64,000 nt of DNA, taken from an uncultured Prevotellaceae bacterium. GTDB lineage: Bacteria; Bacteroidota; Bacteroidia; Bacteroidales; Bacteroidaceae. Shown piece by piece: positions 1 to 10,670 of the stretch. Position 1 is the first letter of the stretch; every line of letters begins with the position of its first letter. The DNA is taken from positions 3,278-67,277 of the forward strand of contig CACXXD010000067.1 in assembly GCA_902771445.1 (NCBI GenBank). The letters run 5' to 3'. A model generated the notes under the pieces. That model saw only the letters and a program-made list of their open reading frames with translations. It was not told the origin of the DNA and searched no databases. The position numbers were made by a program, and so were the translations under genes.

Positions 1-1808
1 CGTGTCTTGTCGTCGGCACCGCCCGTGGTCTTGAACTGAAGCTGAGCACTCATGTTAGGCGTCTTATCGTTGCCCGTATTGTAACCACGCTGCATGGTCA
101 TGTTGTAGTTGTAGGAATTGAAGCGGAAGCCGCCCTCCAACTTAATCTGATTTGCGCCATAGCTGTTCTTCCATCCCAAACGGGTGTCGCTCTGAATAGC
201 GGTCTGACGAGAAGCCTGGCTCTGCGCAATGTTCTGCAGAATAGTCTGTGAATCAAGTCCGTCGACAGTGAACGTAGGAACACCCTGGATAGGCAGATAG
301 TAGTTCTCGTTGGTGTTCACCAGCGTAAGAGCGAAATGCGTACTCACGGCCAGGTGCTTGTTTATCTGGTAGCTGGGCTTCACAGAGAAGATGATGAGGC
401 GATTGCCTTGAGAGTTGCGGTTGACACCATCGCCAAACTCAAGAATGGCATTGGGGTTAGGCAGACGGCCACGGTTCTGGAACAAGCCTTCAAGATAGTC
501 GTCGGCCTCGGCCAGATAGTGACTGCTGTGACCCTGAATATCGTAGGCATAGGGCGAGAGGAAAGGCGACTTGGCCAGCGCAAGGAAGGTGGGAGAAGTG
601 ACCACACCCGTAAGCAGATCGGCAGGAGCACCGTCATCGCGCAGCTTGCGGTCTACGTCGCTGTAGCTGGCATCGAAGCGAACCATCAGGTTCTTGATGA
701 CCTCGATGTCGGTGTTCAGACGCATGTTGAAACGAGAGAAGTCGTTGTTGCGCAATGTGCTGTTGGCACGCGAATAGCCTACAGAAAGGTTGTAGCTGGC
801 CACGTTGTCACCACCTTGCACATTGATGCCGTAGTTCTGAGAGAAAGCATTGCGATAGACCTCATCTTTCCAGTTGGTATTATTGTGATACTGGTTGTAG
901 TAGAAATAGGTGGGGTCGTTGTTCAGGAACTTCATGCGATCGAGTGTCGGTGTCTTAGGCGCGAGCAACTCAGTGGCATAGAGTCGATAATCTTCAGCCG
1001 ACATCATGGATGGTGTGCGCGGCATAAGCTCGAAACGTCCGTTGATGGTGAGGTCGATCTTCGTAGCCATACTCTTGTTGCGCTTGGTGTAGATGCGGAT
1101 CACACCGTTGGCACCTTTGGCTCCATAGAGCGCAGTACCGTTCTTCAGCACCTCTACTCGCTCAATGTCGTTGACGTTGAGGTTGGCCAGCATATTGTTG
1201 AAGTAGCCATCGTGAAGCATGGTGCGGTCGTACTCCATGTCAAACAGCACATCGTCGATCACCACGAGTGGCTGGGCATTGGCATTGAGCGAATTAATAC
1301 CTTGTATGAGCTGCGTGCAGCCAATTCCGTTCATGCCGCCGCGGGACACGGAGCGCATGTCGGCACCCAGTTGCTGAGCAATGAGCGGGTCGATGCTGAC
1401 CTCTGAGGTGTTCTCGAATTTGTCGGCCTCGGCAGAGAGGGTGGCACGTGTCTCACGCTTATAGAACTCGGTGAATGCCTCATGGTAAAGGCGGGCATCA
1501 GCCACATTGTCGCCAATGGCACACTGCAAGAAGTTGTAACCCTCGACACGCATCGATACCGAACGCACATGGTCAGGAGCTTTCAGTTCGTAGCGGCCTT
1601 CCTCGTCGGTCATGGCCGAATAGCGTTCTTCACCGTAGGCCGCAACAATGACACCTGCCAGTGGGCGACCCGTAGCTGCATCGAGCACCTGTCCACGGAC
1701 GGTCTTCAAGTTCTCTTGCGCCGACGCACTGCTAAATGTCAATGGACAAATGACAAATGACATGCATATTGCACTCATCCATCGTTTCGCTATTGATATT
1801 GTTTTCAT
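1..1808 (-). CDS. susC: SusC/RagA-family TonB-dependent outer membrane receptor (5' part; runs off window start)
   Basis: Not in the ORF track because it has no stop in the window. Manual translation from ATG at 1808 gives MKTISIAK..., a carboxypeptidase-like domain (VRGQVLDAATGRPLAG) and plug motifs (NAQPLVVIDD, LNVNDIERVEVLKNGTALYGAKGANGVIRIYTKR). Frame at position 1 matches the start frame. Confidence 0.9.
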   Translation of the reverse strand, partial: MKTISIAKRWMSAICMSFVICPLTFSSASAQENLKTVRGQVLDAATGRPLAGVIVAAYGEERYSAMTDEEGRYELKAPDHVRSVSMRVEGYNFLQCAIGDNVADARLYHEAFTEFYKRETRATLSAEADKFENTSEVSIDPLIAQQLGADMRSVSRGGMNGIGCTQLIQGINSLNANAQPLVVIDDVLFDMEYDRTMLHDGYFNNMLANLNVNDIERVEVLKNGTALYGAKGANGVIRIYTKRNKSMATKIDLTINGRFELMPRTPSMMSAEDYRLYATELLAPKTPTLDRMKFLNNDPTYFYYNQYHNNTNWKDEVYRNAFSQNYGINVQGGDNVASYNLSVGYSRANSTLRNNDFSRFNMRLNTDIEVIKNLMVRFDASYSDVDRKLRDDGAPADLLTGVVTSPTFLALAKSPFLSPYAYDIQGHSSHYLAEADDYLEGLFQNRGRLPNPNAILEFGDGVNRNSQGNRLIIFSVKPSYQINKHLAVSTHFALTLVNTNENYYLPIQGVPTFTVDGLDSQTILQNIAQSQASRQTAIQSDTRLGWKNSYGANQIKLEGGFRFNSYNYNMTMQRGYNTGNDKTPNMSAQLQFKTTGGADDKT

Positions 1809-1834
1809 ATTCGTATGTTTTCAATTTTCGATTT

Positions 1835-3514
1835 TCAATTTTCAATGTTTTTCCGAGGACGCAAATAGATGCAGTCGAGGAACATTTCACGAGCATAGCT
1901 GGAAGTCTGACGGCTGGTGATAGAACAGGTGAGCTTCAGACTGACCTTGATTTCCGTTTGTCCGTAGTTGCAGGCAGGGAAGTGGAACCACTCGGCCACT
2001 ACAACGGTATCAATGCGAGAAGGATCTGTCGTGAACTCGGTCTTGCCGTCGCTGTTCTTGCAAGCGTATGACTGCGCATTGCCCTGCTCGTCGACGTAGT
2101 TCAACGTAGCCTTGAACTTGCAAGGACGCATGTCGGGATTAGTCTGGTTGTAGACCGACTTAGGCAGGATGACGGCGCAAATGTCATAGTCGCCACTAAG
2201 GGTGTTGTTGATGCGATAAGTCATTTCCCAGTTGGCAGTACCATCGGTGGGCAGAATGCGCAGATAGGCACCGTCGGAAATGCTGTCGGCAGAGAGCTGA
2301 CGAGTATTATAGGTACACTTGTTATACTCGGTGATGTATGCGGTCTGCTCGCCCTCTACCCAAATCTGACGGAAGAAAGTCTTCTCGGGCTGTAAAGGCC
2401 ACTGTGCCACTTTGAACAGCGTACCGTTGCTGCACTCCACACGCTCGGCACCGTTCAAGATGCCACCGGCTTCAAACGGTTTCTTGAACACGTGATAGAC
2501 GGGTTTCGGAGATGAGTAGTTAGGACGTTCGTAAAGATATTGTACAGAAAGGAGCGAGTCGTTGGGAGCCTGCTGATTGGTGAGGCTGAACACGGCATCG
2601 TCGAGCAGCGCACGGATAGTGTAGTACTGCTGCAGAGAGTCGCGCTTCTCCATCTTCTCATCGAACACGAAGTAACGTTTGGTCTCGTCCCAGGCCTTCT
2701 GCCATCCGGCAGTTGTGGGAGCAACCATCCAGTAGGCAGAGTCCTCAGAATTGATCAGGCCTAAGCTGCTGAGCATACGGTTGCGCTCAATCACCACTGA
2801 GTCAACATAGACAGGAACACCGTCCACGATACCGCTGGAAACTGAAGAGTTGGCATCGAAATAATCCTCTTCGTATGCTCTCAACAGTCTGCCGATGGCA
2901 CTGAATTCCTCATTGTCGCTCAGTGCCTCGTAAATACTGCTGCGATAAGGAATGGGTTGACTGGCAACATGCAGGATGCCGTTCTTGGCATGCATATTGG
3001 GAGCGGAAAGACCGACACCGGCAATCTTGCCGTCGGCAATCGTCACGTGTTTGTTGTTGAGCAACATCATGCGTTCCTCGTCGGCACGCACCGAGCAGAG
3101 TGAGCGCGACAGATGGTTCTTGACGAACGACTTTTCGACAATCGAGTCGCCCTGAGCCGTCTGTACAAGCTGCAACAGTCTGGCCTTGTCGAAGGTTCCG
3201 TTGACGGGAGCTATCACCGTGAATGCCTGACCACCTCTGAGCAGATCGGCATAGCTGACAGGGGTCTTCTTATGCATGCGGAACACCTTGGTCTGTTCCA
3301 GCACCTCGCAGAAGTCGCTCAACTGGTCGTTGGCCTTCAGCTGTTCCCAAAGCGTCTGGTTGCTGCCCCCGACGGCATCGGCCATATTGTAATGGTCGTC
3401 CCAGTCGGAGCAGGAAGTCAAGAGTGATGAATGAAGAGTGAAGAATGCTGCGCCGAGCAACTTCATCGTCATTTTCAGACTTCTGTTCCTTGTATTGTTT
3501 ATTCTCTTTTTCAT
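1835..3514 (-). CDS. Fasciclin (FAS1)-domain lipoprotein, PUL surface protein
   Basis: Lipobox LLTSC; FAS1 motifs FTVIAPVNGTF and AKNGILHV. ATG chosen at 3514 (MKKRIN) rather than TTG at 3529. Confidence 0.8.
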   Translation of the reverse strand: MKKRINNTRNRSLKMTMKLLGAAFFTLHSSLLTSCSDWDDHYNMADAVGGSNQTLWEQLKANDQLSDFCEVLEQTKVFRMHKKTPVSYADLLRGGQAFTVIAPVNGTFDKARLLQLVQTAQGDSIVEKSFVKNHLSRSLCSVRADEERMMLLNNKHVTIADGKIAGVGLSAPNMHAKNGILHVASQPIPYRSSIYEALSDNEEFSAIGRLLRAYEEDYFDANSSVSSGIVDGVPVYVDSVVIERNRMLSSLGLINSEDSAYWMVAPTTAGWQKAWDETKRYFVFDEKMEKRDSLQQYYTIRALLDDAVFSLTNQQAPNDSLLSVQYLYERPNYSSPKPVYHVFKKPFEAGGILNGAERVECSNGTLFKVAQWPLQPEKTFFRQIWVEGEQTAYITEYNKCTYNTRQLSADSISDGAYLRILPTDGTANWEMTYRINNTLSGDYDICAVILPKSVYNQTNPDMRPCKFKATLNYVDEQGNAQSYACKNSDGKTEFTTDPSRIDTVVVAEWFHFPACNYGQTEIKVSLKLTCSITSRQTSSYAREMFLDCIYLRPRKNIEN

Positions 3515-3553
3515 ATTATCAGTTTTCAATTTTCAATTCTCAATTCTCAATTT

Positions 3554-5533
3554 TCAATGCGTGTCTTCGCCTTCAGGACTGCCATAGACGCTCTTCGGAC
3601 AAAGCTCAATGTAGTCGAACGACCAATAGCACTCAGGATTCTCGAGCACCTGACGGCAGCGCAGGTAGTAGTCCTGATGGTCGTCAAGATACTGTGTGGT
3701 GAGAATACGACGCAAGTTCCAGTTGTTGGCACGCAGGGGCTTCTCGGCTCCCTCTGTACGATAGCTGTCCATAGCCTTCATGTAACCGTGGTTACGCATG
3801 GCCTTGTCGTTGGTGGTGTTCTCGTCCGGGTCGTCGACATCCTCCACCCAACCGATGCTGGGATCAGGACCATAGACGCGCAGGTCGACAGGTATACCAC
3901 AAGGCTCGTTGTTCATGTAGAACTGAACCACACCACGCTCTTCGTTGGCAGTATAGCCCAGACGGATTTCGTAAGTGCCGGAGGGGACGGGGGGCAGCTT
4001 GAAGGTGACATCGAAGATACCACTGATACAAACGGCATTGGCCTGATAAGAGTTCCAATAGCCTACGTCACTGTGAACACCCACGTATGCAGACTTACCG
4101 CGCACCACCCAGTCGGCAATGTAATTATTGCGGAAGCCGGTCAGCTTGTCCTCGCCATAGAGACCGCGACCATTGCAGTTCATGAAGTCCGGACTGAGCG
4201 TGGTGGCATCGATACGAATGCGGCAGTTGAGCACCTCTTCGCGAACTTGTGTGCTGTACTCCAGGATGTCGTCAAGATAATGGTAGACACCATTCTGGGC
4301 ATTCTGATTGGAAGCACCCGACTCCGATGGAGAGAGCACCTTGACACCACGCACGGTATAGCGCTTGTCGCCCAAGCCCTTACGGTTGATGTAGAGACCT
4401 GAAGGAGGATCGCAGAAGCGCATGAGGGTATGCGGACACATCGTTTCGTAGTATTCCTCGGGATCGGCCACAGACATGATCCAGCATCCTTCGCGCAACT
4501 GCTTCGAACCGATGAAGTTGTTGTACTGGCAGATGCGGTTCATGAGGTGATAGCTCACGAAGCGGTTCAACGGATTTCGGCGCTCCTTGGGATCATCGTC
4601 GTAGAGACCAGCATCCTCCGGATAGGTGGCATCGTAGACTTCCTTGGCATGTGCCTTCAGATCCTCAATAGTGTAGATGCCATGACGATGATAGACTGAA
4701 TCGGGCTCTACGAATGCAGTGTACTTGAAATAACGTTTCTCAGGCCAATAGGAATCGGTGAGCAGACGACCACCCGACGTACAACGTACCATCACACCAT
4801 TATAGAGCGAGTCGAGACTGTTCTTGTCGGAGCCCCACACGTAGGTCTCGTCCAGATAGTTCTTCAGCGAGTCGGCCATGCCTGTCAGCTGCAATGCCTG
4901 CGAGAAAAGCGTCAGCGTTGAGTCGGCTGCAATGGCATCGGGCAGCAAGTCGCTTGTGGGCTGAATCAGGCTGTTCACGATATGAACCACACCGTTGGTG
5001 ACTGAGTCGTCGTACTCCACCATGCGTGCAGTCTTGTTCACATAGTACTGAACCGAATTGTTGTTGGCAGTATCGGTTCCCAGCGAGAACACCACGTAGG
5101 CATCGAGCATGTTCAGCTCCGGCAGAGCACCCTCACCAATATCTGTGGTAAAGAATGAACCTTTCTTGATGATGTGCGTGCGAGCTAGCGTGTCGCAAAC
5201 AGCCTGCGGGATATTGGCGATGGCACCATAGCCGGTAGTGCGCAGATAGCGCTCCAGGGCTTCGTCGGTTGGTGCAAAGACCGTGAACTCACCGTATGTG
5301 GACAGCAACGAGAAGTAGGGGGTGCGCTTCAGCAGGCGGATGAAGTCGCCCAGACGACCATCATTGGACTGCAGGAACTCGGCAGCCGTCATTTTGTTGG
5401 CAGTATAGTAATTCTCAGGCACATCGTCGTTGTTGTCGACGCAACCAACGAGCGTAGCACTGATTGACAAATGGCAGAGCAACAGGGGTATGATTGTGCG
5501 CCATTTCAGTCTATGACAGATTTTGTTAATCAT
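3554..5533 (-). CDS. Fasciclin-domain lipoprotein
   Basis: Lipobox LVGC; FAS1 motifs FTVFAPTDEAL, VTNGVVHIVN, AQNGVYHYLD. ATG at 5533. Confidence 0.85.
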   Translation of the reverse strand: MINKICHRLKWRTIIPLLLCHLSISATLVGCVDNNDDVPENYYTANKMTAAEFLQSNDGRLGDFIRLLKRTPYFSLLSTYGEFTVFAPTDEALERYLRTTGYGAIANIPQAVCDTLARTHIIKKGSFFTTDIGEGALPELNMLDAYVVFSLGTDTANNNSVQYYVNKTARMVEYDDSVTNGVVHIVNSLIQPTSDLLPDAIAADSTLTLFSQALQLTGMADSLKNYLDETYVWGSDKNSLDSLYNGVMVRCTSGGRLLTDSYWPEKRYFKYTAFVEPDSVYHRHGIYTIEDLKAHAKEVYDATYPEDAGLYDDDPKERRNPLNRFVSYHLMNRICQYNNFIGSKQLREGCWIMSVADPEEYYETMCPHTLMRFCDPPSGLYINRKGLGDKRYTVRGVKVLSPSESGASNQNAQNGVYHYLDDILEYSTQVREEVLNCRIRIDATTLSPDFMNCNGRGLYGEDKLTGFRNNYIADWVVRGKSAYVGVHSDVGYWNSYQANAVCISGIFDVTFKLPPVPSGTYEIRLGYTANEERGVVQFYMNNEPCGIPVDLRVYGPDPSIGWVEDVDDPDENTTNDKAMRNHGYMKAMDSYRTEGAEKPLRANNWNLRRILTTQYLDDHQDYYLRCRQVLENPECYWSFDYIELCPKSVYGSPEGEDTH

Positions 5534-5560
5534 AACTTTCAATTTTCAATTTTCAATTTT

Positions 5561-7273
5561 TCAATTTAACTCAGCATCTTCTCCCTTGTTGAAAGCTGGA
5601 TTCTGATGCAAAAGCGGATTAACCTTCAGCTCATTCTTCGAATAGGGGAAGTAGATGTAGTTAGGATCAGAGAGCTTGATCTTGATGACATTCAGGTCCT
5701 GAATGTACTTCTGCGTGGCATTTGAAGCCAGACGTGTGGTGTTACCCTCACGGCGCGAGTAGCGCACGAGATCATACCAGCGCTTGCCCTCGAAGAGGAA
5801 CTCACGATGGCGCTCCTCGAGCAGAAGGTCAACCATGTCTTTCTTGCTGCCCACGAAATTGACCATCTTCAGCGTGTCGGAGCTCATCGACGAAGGAGTG
5901 ACGTTCAGCGCACGCTTGTTCACCGTATTGATCAGGGCAAATGCCTGCTCGAAGTTGTCGTTACCTTTCTCAATCAATGCTTCGGCCTTCATCAGGATGA
6001 CATCGCTCAAGCGATAGATGATCCAGTTGGCATAGGCGCTGCTACGCATTGCGCGGTTCATCTTGACATCGTTCATGGTCTTCACATTCTGCGTGTTAAA
6101 GCTGACTTGCTGCGCACTGTACTTCGTAATGATGTAAGAGCTGGAAGTGCCTTCGCCTGTCGACTCGTAAGCACGGCAGTCTTTCGAGTTGAACATGGTG
6201 TTGGTACCCTGTGGCACTTCTTTCAGCAGTCCTTCCCAGGCTGAAAGTCGGCCTGTGCTGCGGCTACGGTCATAGTAGTAGGAGCCCACCCACGAGTTCT
6301 GAACGACCTGAGGACTTGCAAAGTAGAGTTCGAAAAGGCTCTCAAAAGAGTTGCCTGTGCCGAAGATGGAGTTGTAAGCACTGCCGTAAGTGGTGCTGCC
6401 CAGAGGACGTTCGAGCAACAGGGGGATATCGCCAAACAGTGCTATGTCGGAAACGACACCTGCACGCTCAACAAACTCCTTGTACTGCTGACGCTTGTAG
6501 TCGAGCACCAAATCACAGTTCTTGATGGCATTGTCCCAGTCGCCCTTCCACAGATAGAGGTCGGCCAAGAGGGCATAGATTGTCCAGCAAGTGACACGGC
6601 TGGTGTTGTCGACTGGCAGAAGAATACGACTGCCGGAGACTTCCTCGACCATATAGCGGCGGGCGGCATCGCCCTTCACGCGCTCCAGGTCTTGAATCAA
6701 TGAGTCGAGCACGGCATCGAAAGGTATGGCGGGCAATACATAGTTCTGACCGTCGTCGATGCTGGGCTGCGTGGTGTAAGGCACGTCGCGGAAAGTGCGA
6801 ACCAGATAGAAATAGCAGAGAGCGCGAATGGCCGTTGCCTCGGCCACATTGGCTTTCATCTCTGTCAGGGTATAGTTAGGATCAATGGCCTGCACCTCTG
6901 GTGCGTAATGGCACAGCACATTGCAACGATTGATAACGTCGTAGAACTTCGACCAGTTGCACATGGAGTTGGAGGGCAACAGATTCTCTTTCAGAATCTC
7001 GTTAATCTCATTGGGCACATCGCTGCCACCTTTGATGTTCTCAGAGCGCATCTCGCCCCAGACGCCCATGCGCGTGATGACATCGGGTTGCTCTAATGCC
7101 TCATAGCAGCCGTTCAGCACACTGGTCACGTCGCCCTTCTGCGTCCAGTAGTTCTCCAGCACCACCTCGTTCATGGGAAGTATGTCGAAGAAGTCATTGC
7201 AGGAGGCAAGGAGCAGTGATGAAACTGCCAAGGCTGCCACCTTATTATATATATGATGAGTCTTGATAATCAT
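5561..7273 (-). CDS. susD: SusD/RagB-family nutrient-binding lipoprotein
   Basis: Lipobox LLASC; IRALCYFYLVRTFRDVP, IYRLSDVILMKAEAL, ERHREFLFEGKRWYDLVR, C-terminal QNPAF; directly follows susC. Confidence 0.95.
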   Translation of the reverse strand: MIIKTHHIYNKVAALAVSSLLLASCNDFFDILPMNEVVLENYWTQKGDVTSVLNGCYEALEQPDVITRMGVWGEMRSENIKGGSDVPNEINEILKENLLPSNSMCNWSKFYDVINRCNVLCHYAPEVQAIDPNYTLTEMKANVAEATAIRALCYFYLVRTFRDVPYTTQPSIDDGQNYVLPAIPFDAVLDSLIQDLERVKGDAARRYMVEEVSGSRILLPVDNTSRVTCWTIYALLADLYLWKGDWDNAIKNCDLVLDYKRQQYKEFVERAGVVSDIALFGDIPLLLERPLGSTTYGSAYNSIFGTGNSFESLFELYFASPQVVQNSWVGSYYYDRSRSTGRLSAWEGLLKEVPQGTNTMFNSKDCRAYESTGEGTSSSYIITKYSAQQVSFNTQNVKTMNDVKMNRAMRSSAYANWIIYRLSDVILMKAEALIEKGNDNFEQAFALINTVNKRALNVTPSSMSSDTLKMVNFVGSKKDMVDLLLEERHREFLFEGKRWYDLVRYSRREGNTTRLASNATQKYIQDLNVIKIKLSDPNYIYFPYSKNELKVNPLLHQNPAFNKGEDAELN

Positions 7274-7309
7274 ACTCTTTTTGTTTTTAGCTTATACGTT
7301 TGTTACTTG

Positions 7310-10300
7310 TCAGAACTGAATGGTCAAACCTGCCGTAAACGACTTGGCACGTGGCGTCTGTGCATTGTCGGTGGCAATGCCGAACGAACCATAGCCTACC
7401 TCTGGATCGGCACCCGAATACTTGGTCAGGCAGAACAGGTTGTTGGCCGAAACGTAGAAACTCAGCTGATTGAAGCCCCACTTCTTGATGATCTTCGGAT
7501 CGAGCGAGTAGCTGAGCTGGGTGTAATTCAGACGGATGAACGAGCCGTCTTCCACGAAGCGGTCGCTGCCCAGCCAGTTGTAGCCTGTCTGGCGCAATGC
7601 GCGAGGTATTTCGGTGAGGTCGCCCTCTACACGCCAACGCCAGTTGACGGCACGGCTCTGGTTGTTGTTGGTGTACATGTTCTCTACGTTCATTCGAGCA
7701 CTGTTGACAATCTTGTTGCCATAGCGGAAGTTGAACTGGTTGTTCCATGACAGGCGACCGAAAGACAGCTTGAAGCCGAAACCACCCGTCAACTTAGGCA
7801 GTGAGGAACCCAGATAGACAATATCAAGCTCGTTGATCTGACCGTCGCTGTTCACGTCCTCGTAGATGGCATCGCCACCACGGAACTCATAGTCGACACT
7901 TCCTGCACAGAACATGATAGGCTTGGTCATGCCGTTCTCATCGAGAATCACAGTTCCGGCGGCATCGCGGGCAACAGGAGCATTAGGACCGCTCACACCG
8001 GGAACCTCCTGGGCTGAATAGTCGGAATACTGATAGACACCCTTGTAGCGGAAGCCATAGATGCTACCCAAGGCACGATTCAGCTCAATGCGGGTCAGAT
8101 AAGAACCGTTGCCGCGGTTGAATTCCTTGTTCAGGCTCGACAGACAGGTCTCATCCATAGCGGTGAGCTGGTTCTTGTTGTTGGCAAAAGTAACGTTGAC
8201 ATCGAGTCCGAACTTACCGGCCTTCACAATACGGTTGCCGTTGATGTTGAACTCCCAACCCACGTTCTTCATCTCACCTACGTTCTGATAGTCGAGTGTG
8301 GCATAGCCTGACGACGAGGGGATGCCTCGCTTCTCCATGAGCAGGTCGGTGGTGTACTGCCAGTAGACTTCCACATTACCGGTGATGCGCTCATTCAGGA
8401 AACCGAAGTCGACACCCAGGTTATAGGTTTTCTTCTGCTCCCACTTCAGATTGCGCATCTGGATGTTCAGCGGATAGACTGAGCCAGAGTTCATATAGCC
8501 ATTACCGTTGCGGTATTTGCTGAAGTACAGGTACTCGGCTCTGGGCTGGTTACCCACGATACCCCAACCCGGACGGATGGCCAGCATCGAGACAAAGGGC
8601 AGACCACGCTGGAACCAAGGTTCCTTGCTCACGATCCACTTGGCAGAGAACGAGGGGAAGTTACCCCAGCGCTTGTCGGCACCAAACTTGGTGGTACCGT
8701 CGCGGCGCACGGTGAAGTCGGCCACATAGCGCTCCTTGTAAGCATAGTGGGCAGAGAAGGTGAAGTAGACGCTGCGCCACTGGCCGCTGCCTGTGCTCAT
8801 GCCATCGATGATGCTCTCGGCGGCAGCACTCTGGATAGTGCCTGAGGGCAGGCCCCATGTCACGGTGTTCTGCGAAGTAGACTGGCCACTGGTCAGCTGT
8901 CCGCGCAGCAGCATCTGGAACGCATGGTCCTTGTTGCGGAAGGCAGGAATGAAGGTCAGCGTGTGGGTGGTGGTCACACCCAGGCTCTTCGAAGAGTTGG
9001 CCGTGGTGCGGTTGGCCTGCTTACCTGTGTCCTTGTTGGTGTCGTTCCAGCCTGTCGTGCTCAGCGAGAGGGGCATGTACTGGTCTTCGTAGCGGTTGAA
9101 GATGTTGAACACCACCTTGCCTTCATAGTTCAGACGGGTCTTCTCGTCGTCCAGCCCCAGCAGGTTATAGCGCAACTTGAATTCAGGTTCAATGTTGTAG
9201 CTCGTCTCGTTGTTCTTGGCATCATTGGCCAGCGCCACAGGGTTCTTGTTGGTGAGCTGGTCGCGCAACTGCGACGACACGGTGGGCAACATTGAGTAGT
9301 AGTCCTTCAGGTCGTTGCCCTGACGGTCTTGCTCATAGATAGAGAGGTTTGGCATGCGCGTATAGGCAAGTGAGAGCAAATCGCCATTGTTCTTCTTGTT
9401 CTTGGTATAGGTCAGCGCAATGTTGGTCTCAATCTTGATGCGATCGCTCACGAAATAGTCCAAGTTGACACGTGAGGTGAAACGATCCAGCTGCTGCTTG
9501 ATGATTGAACCAGTCTCGTGGTCATAGCCGGCACCGATGCGGAAGTTGGCCTTCTCACCACCGCCGCTCAGCGAGATGTAGTGGTTCTGGCGCCAGCCCA
9601 CCTGCTTCACTTCCTTCAGCCAGTCGGTGTTGTTGTTGTACATCTCATATTCAGCAAAGCTGGGATTGTAGTTCAGCTCATCGATGTTACTGTTCACGTC
9701 GCTCATCGATGGATTGAAGTACTCTTCCTTGAGCAGCATGGTGTACTCGTCACCATTGAGCATCTGATAGCCAGTGGGCTGATAGGTGCCTGTCAGACGG
9801 AAGCTGTAGCCGACGCGAGTCTTGCCACGGGCACCACGCTTGGTCTTGATCTCTATCACACCGTTTGAGCCCTGCGAACCCCAGATAGCGGTGGCAGCGG
9901 CATCCTTCAGCACCGAGATGCTCTCAATATCCTCTGGGTTGACGTTCAGCAACTGTGCAAACTTCTCGTCGTTGGCCGACTGGAAGTCGAAGTCGTTGGT
10001 GTTGGTCTCCCACACATTGCCGTCGACAACGATGAGCGGTTCGCTCGAACCATTGATACTCGACACACCACGCAGACGCATCGAAGTACCTGCGCCCAGG
10101 TTACCTGAGTTGGCCACGATGTCCAGACCGGCGATACGTCCCTGCAGGGCTTCGTCGACCGTGGTCAGGGCAAGTCCCTCGAACTCCGACATGCTGATGC
10201 TCTGACGAGCCGTCGATATCTCATCCTCAGGAATGGCCAGACCGGAGCCTTGCGCCTTGCGCTTGGCCGTCACCGTCACCTCTTTAATAGTAGTGACGTC

Positions 10301-10651
10301 CTGCATCTTCACCACAAACTTGTGCTTGTTGATGGGCAGTGTCACCGTCTTGTATCCCACGAAAGAAATGCGGAGCTTGTCTTTCGGGTTCTTCAGTTTG
10401 AACGAGAAGTTACCACTCATGTCGGTCACTGCCGACGCAACGATACGGTTGGCGCCGTCGAGCTCCACCACATTGGCCATCATCACCGGGCCAAATGCAT
10501 CGGTCACCGTACCGCTGATAATATCGCCAGCCTGCTGGGCATAGCACATTGAAGATTGAAAACTGAAGATTGAAAATTGCAGGCAGAAAGCTACAACCCA
10601 TAATCTTTTCGTCCAATCCTCAGGTCGGAATATTTGTTTTATTGTCTTCAT
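7310..10651 (-). CDS. susC: SusC/RagA-family TonB-dependent receptor
   Basis: EPLIVVDG, NPEDIESISVLKDAAATAIWGSQGSNGVIEIKTKRG, C-terminal SDRFVEDGSFIRL...LTIQF. ATG at 10651 (MKTIK). Confidence 0.95.
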   Translation of the reverse strand: MKTIKQIFRPEDWTKRLWVVAFCLQFSIFSFQSSMCYAQQAGDIISGTVTDAFGPVMMANVVELDGANRIVASAVTDMSGNFSFKLKNPKDKLRISFVGYKTVTLPINKHKFVVKMQDVTTIKEVTVTAKRKAQGSGLAIPEDEISTARQSISMSEFEGLALTTVDEALQGRIAGLDIVANSGNLGAGTSMRLRGVSSINGSSEPLIVVDGNVWETNTNDFDFQSANDEKFAQLLNVNPEDIESISVLKDAAATAIWGSQGSNGVIEIKTKRGARGKTRVGYSFRLTGTYQPTGYQMLNGDEYTMLLKEEYFNPSMSDVNSNIDELNYNPSFAEYEMYNNNTDWLKEVKQVGWRQNHYISLSGGGEKANFRIGAGYDHETGSIIKQQLDRFTSRVNLDYFVSDRIKIETNIALTYTKNKKNNGDLLSLAYTRMPNLSIYEQDRQGNDLKDYYSMLPTVSSQLRDQLTNKNPVALANDAKNNETSYNIEPEFKLRYNLLGLDDEKTRLNYEGKVVFNIFNRYEDQYMPLSLSTTGWNDTNKDTGKQANRTTANSSKSLGVTTTHTLTFIPAFRNKDHAFQMLLRGQLTSGQSTSQNTVTWGLPSGTIQSAAAESIIDGMSTGSGQWRSVYFTFSAHYAYKERYVADFTVRRDGTTKFGADKRWGNFPSFSAKWIVSKEPWFQRGLPFVSMLAIRPGWGIVGNQPRAEYLYFSKYRNGNGYMNSGSVYPLNIQMRNLKWEQKKTYNLGVDFGFLNERITGNVEVYWQYTTDLLMEKRGIPSSSGYATLDYQNVGEMKNVGWEFNINGNRIVKAGKFGLDVNVTFANNKNQLTAMDETCLSSLNKEFNRGNGSYLTRIELNRALGSIYGFRYKGVYQYSDYSAQEVPGVSGPNAPVARDAAGTVILDENGMTKPIMFCAGSVDYEFRGGDAIYEDVNSDGQINELDIVYLGSSLPKLTGGFGFKLSFGRLSWNNQFNFRYGNKIVNSARMNVENMYTNNNQSRAVNWRWRVEGDLTEIPRALRQTGYNWLGSDRFVEDGSFIRLNYTQLSYSLDPKIIKKWGFNQLSFYVSANNLFCLTKYSGADPEVGYGSFGIATDNAQTPRAKSFTAGLTIQF

Positions 10652-10670
10652 AATTTTCAATTTTCAATCA

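Noticed and set aside
336-1406. Long antisense ORFs (also 3431-4402, 10704-12293, 31236-32615, 32748-34058, 49319-50623, 60935-61996)
   Set aside because: Shadow frames opposite well-supported genes, explained by codon bias; no motifs.
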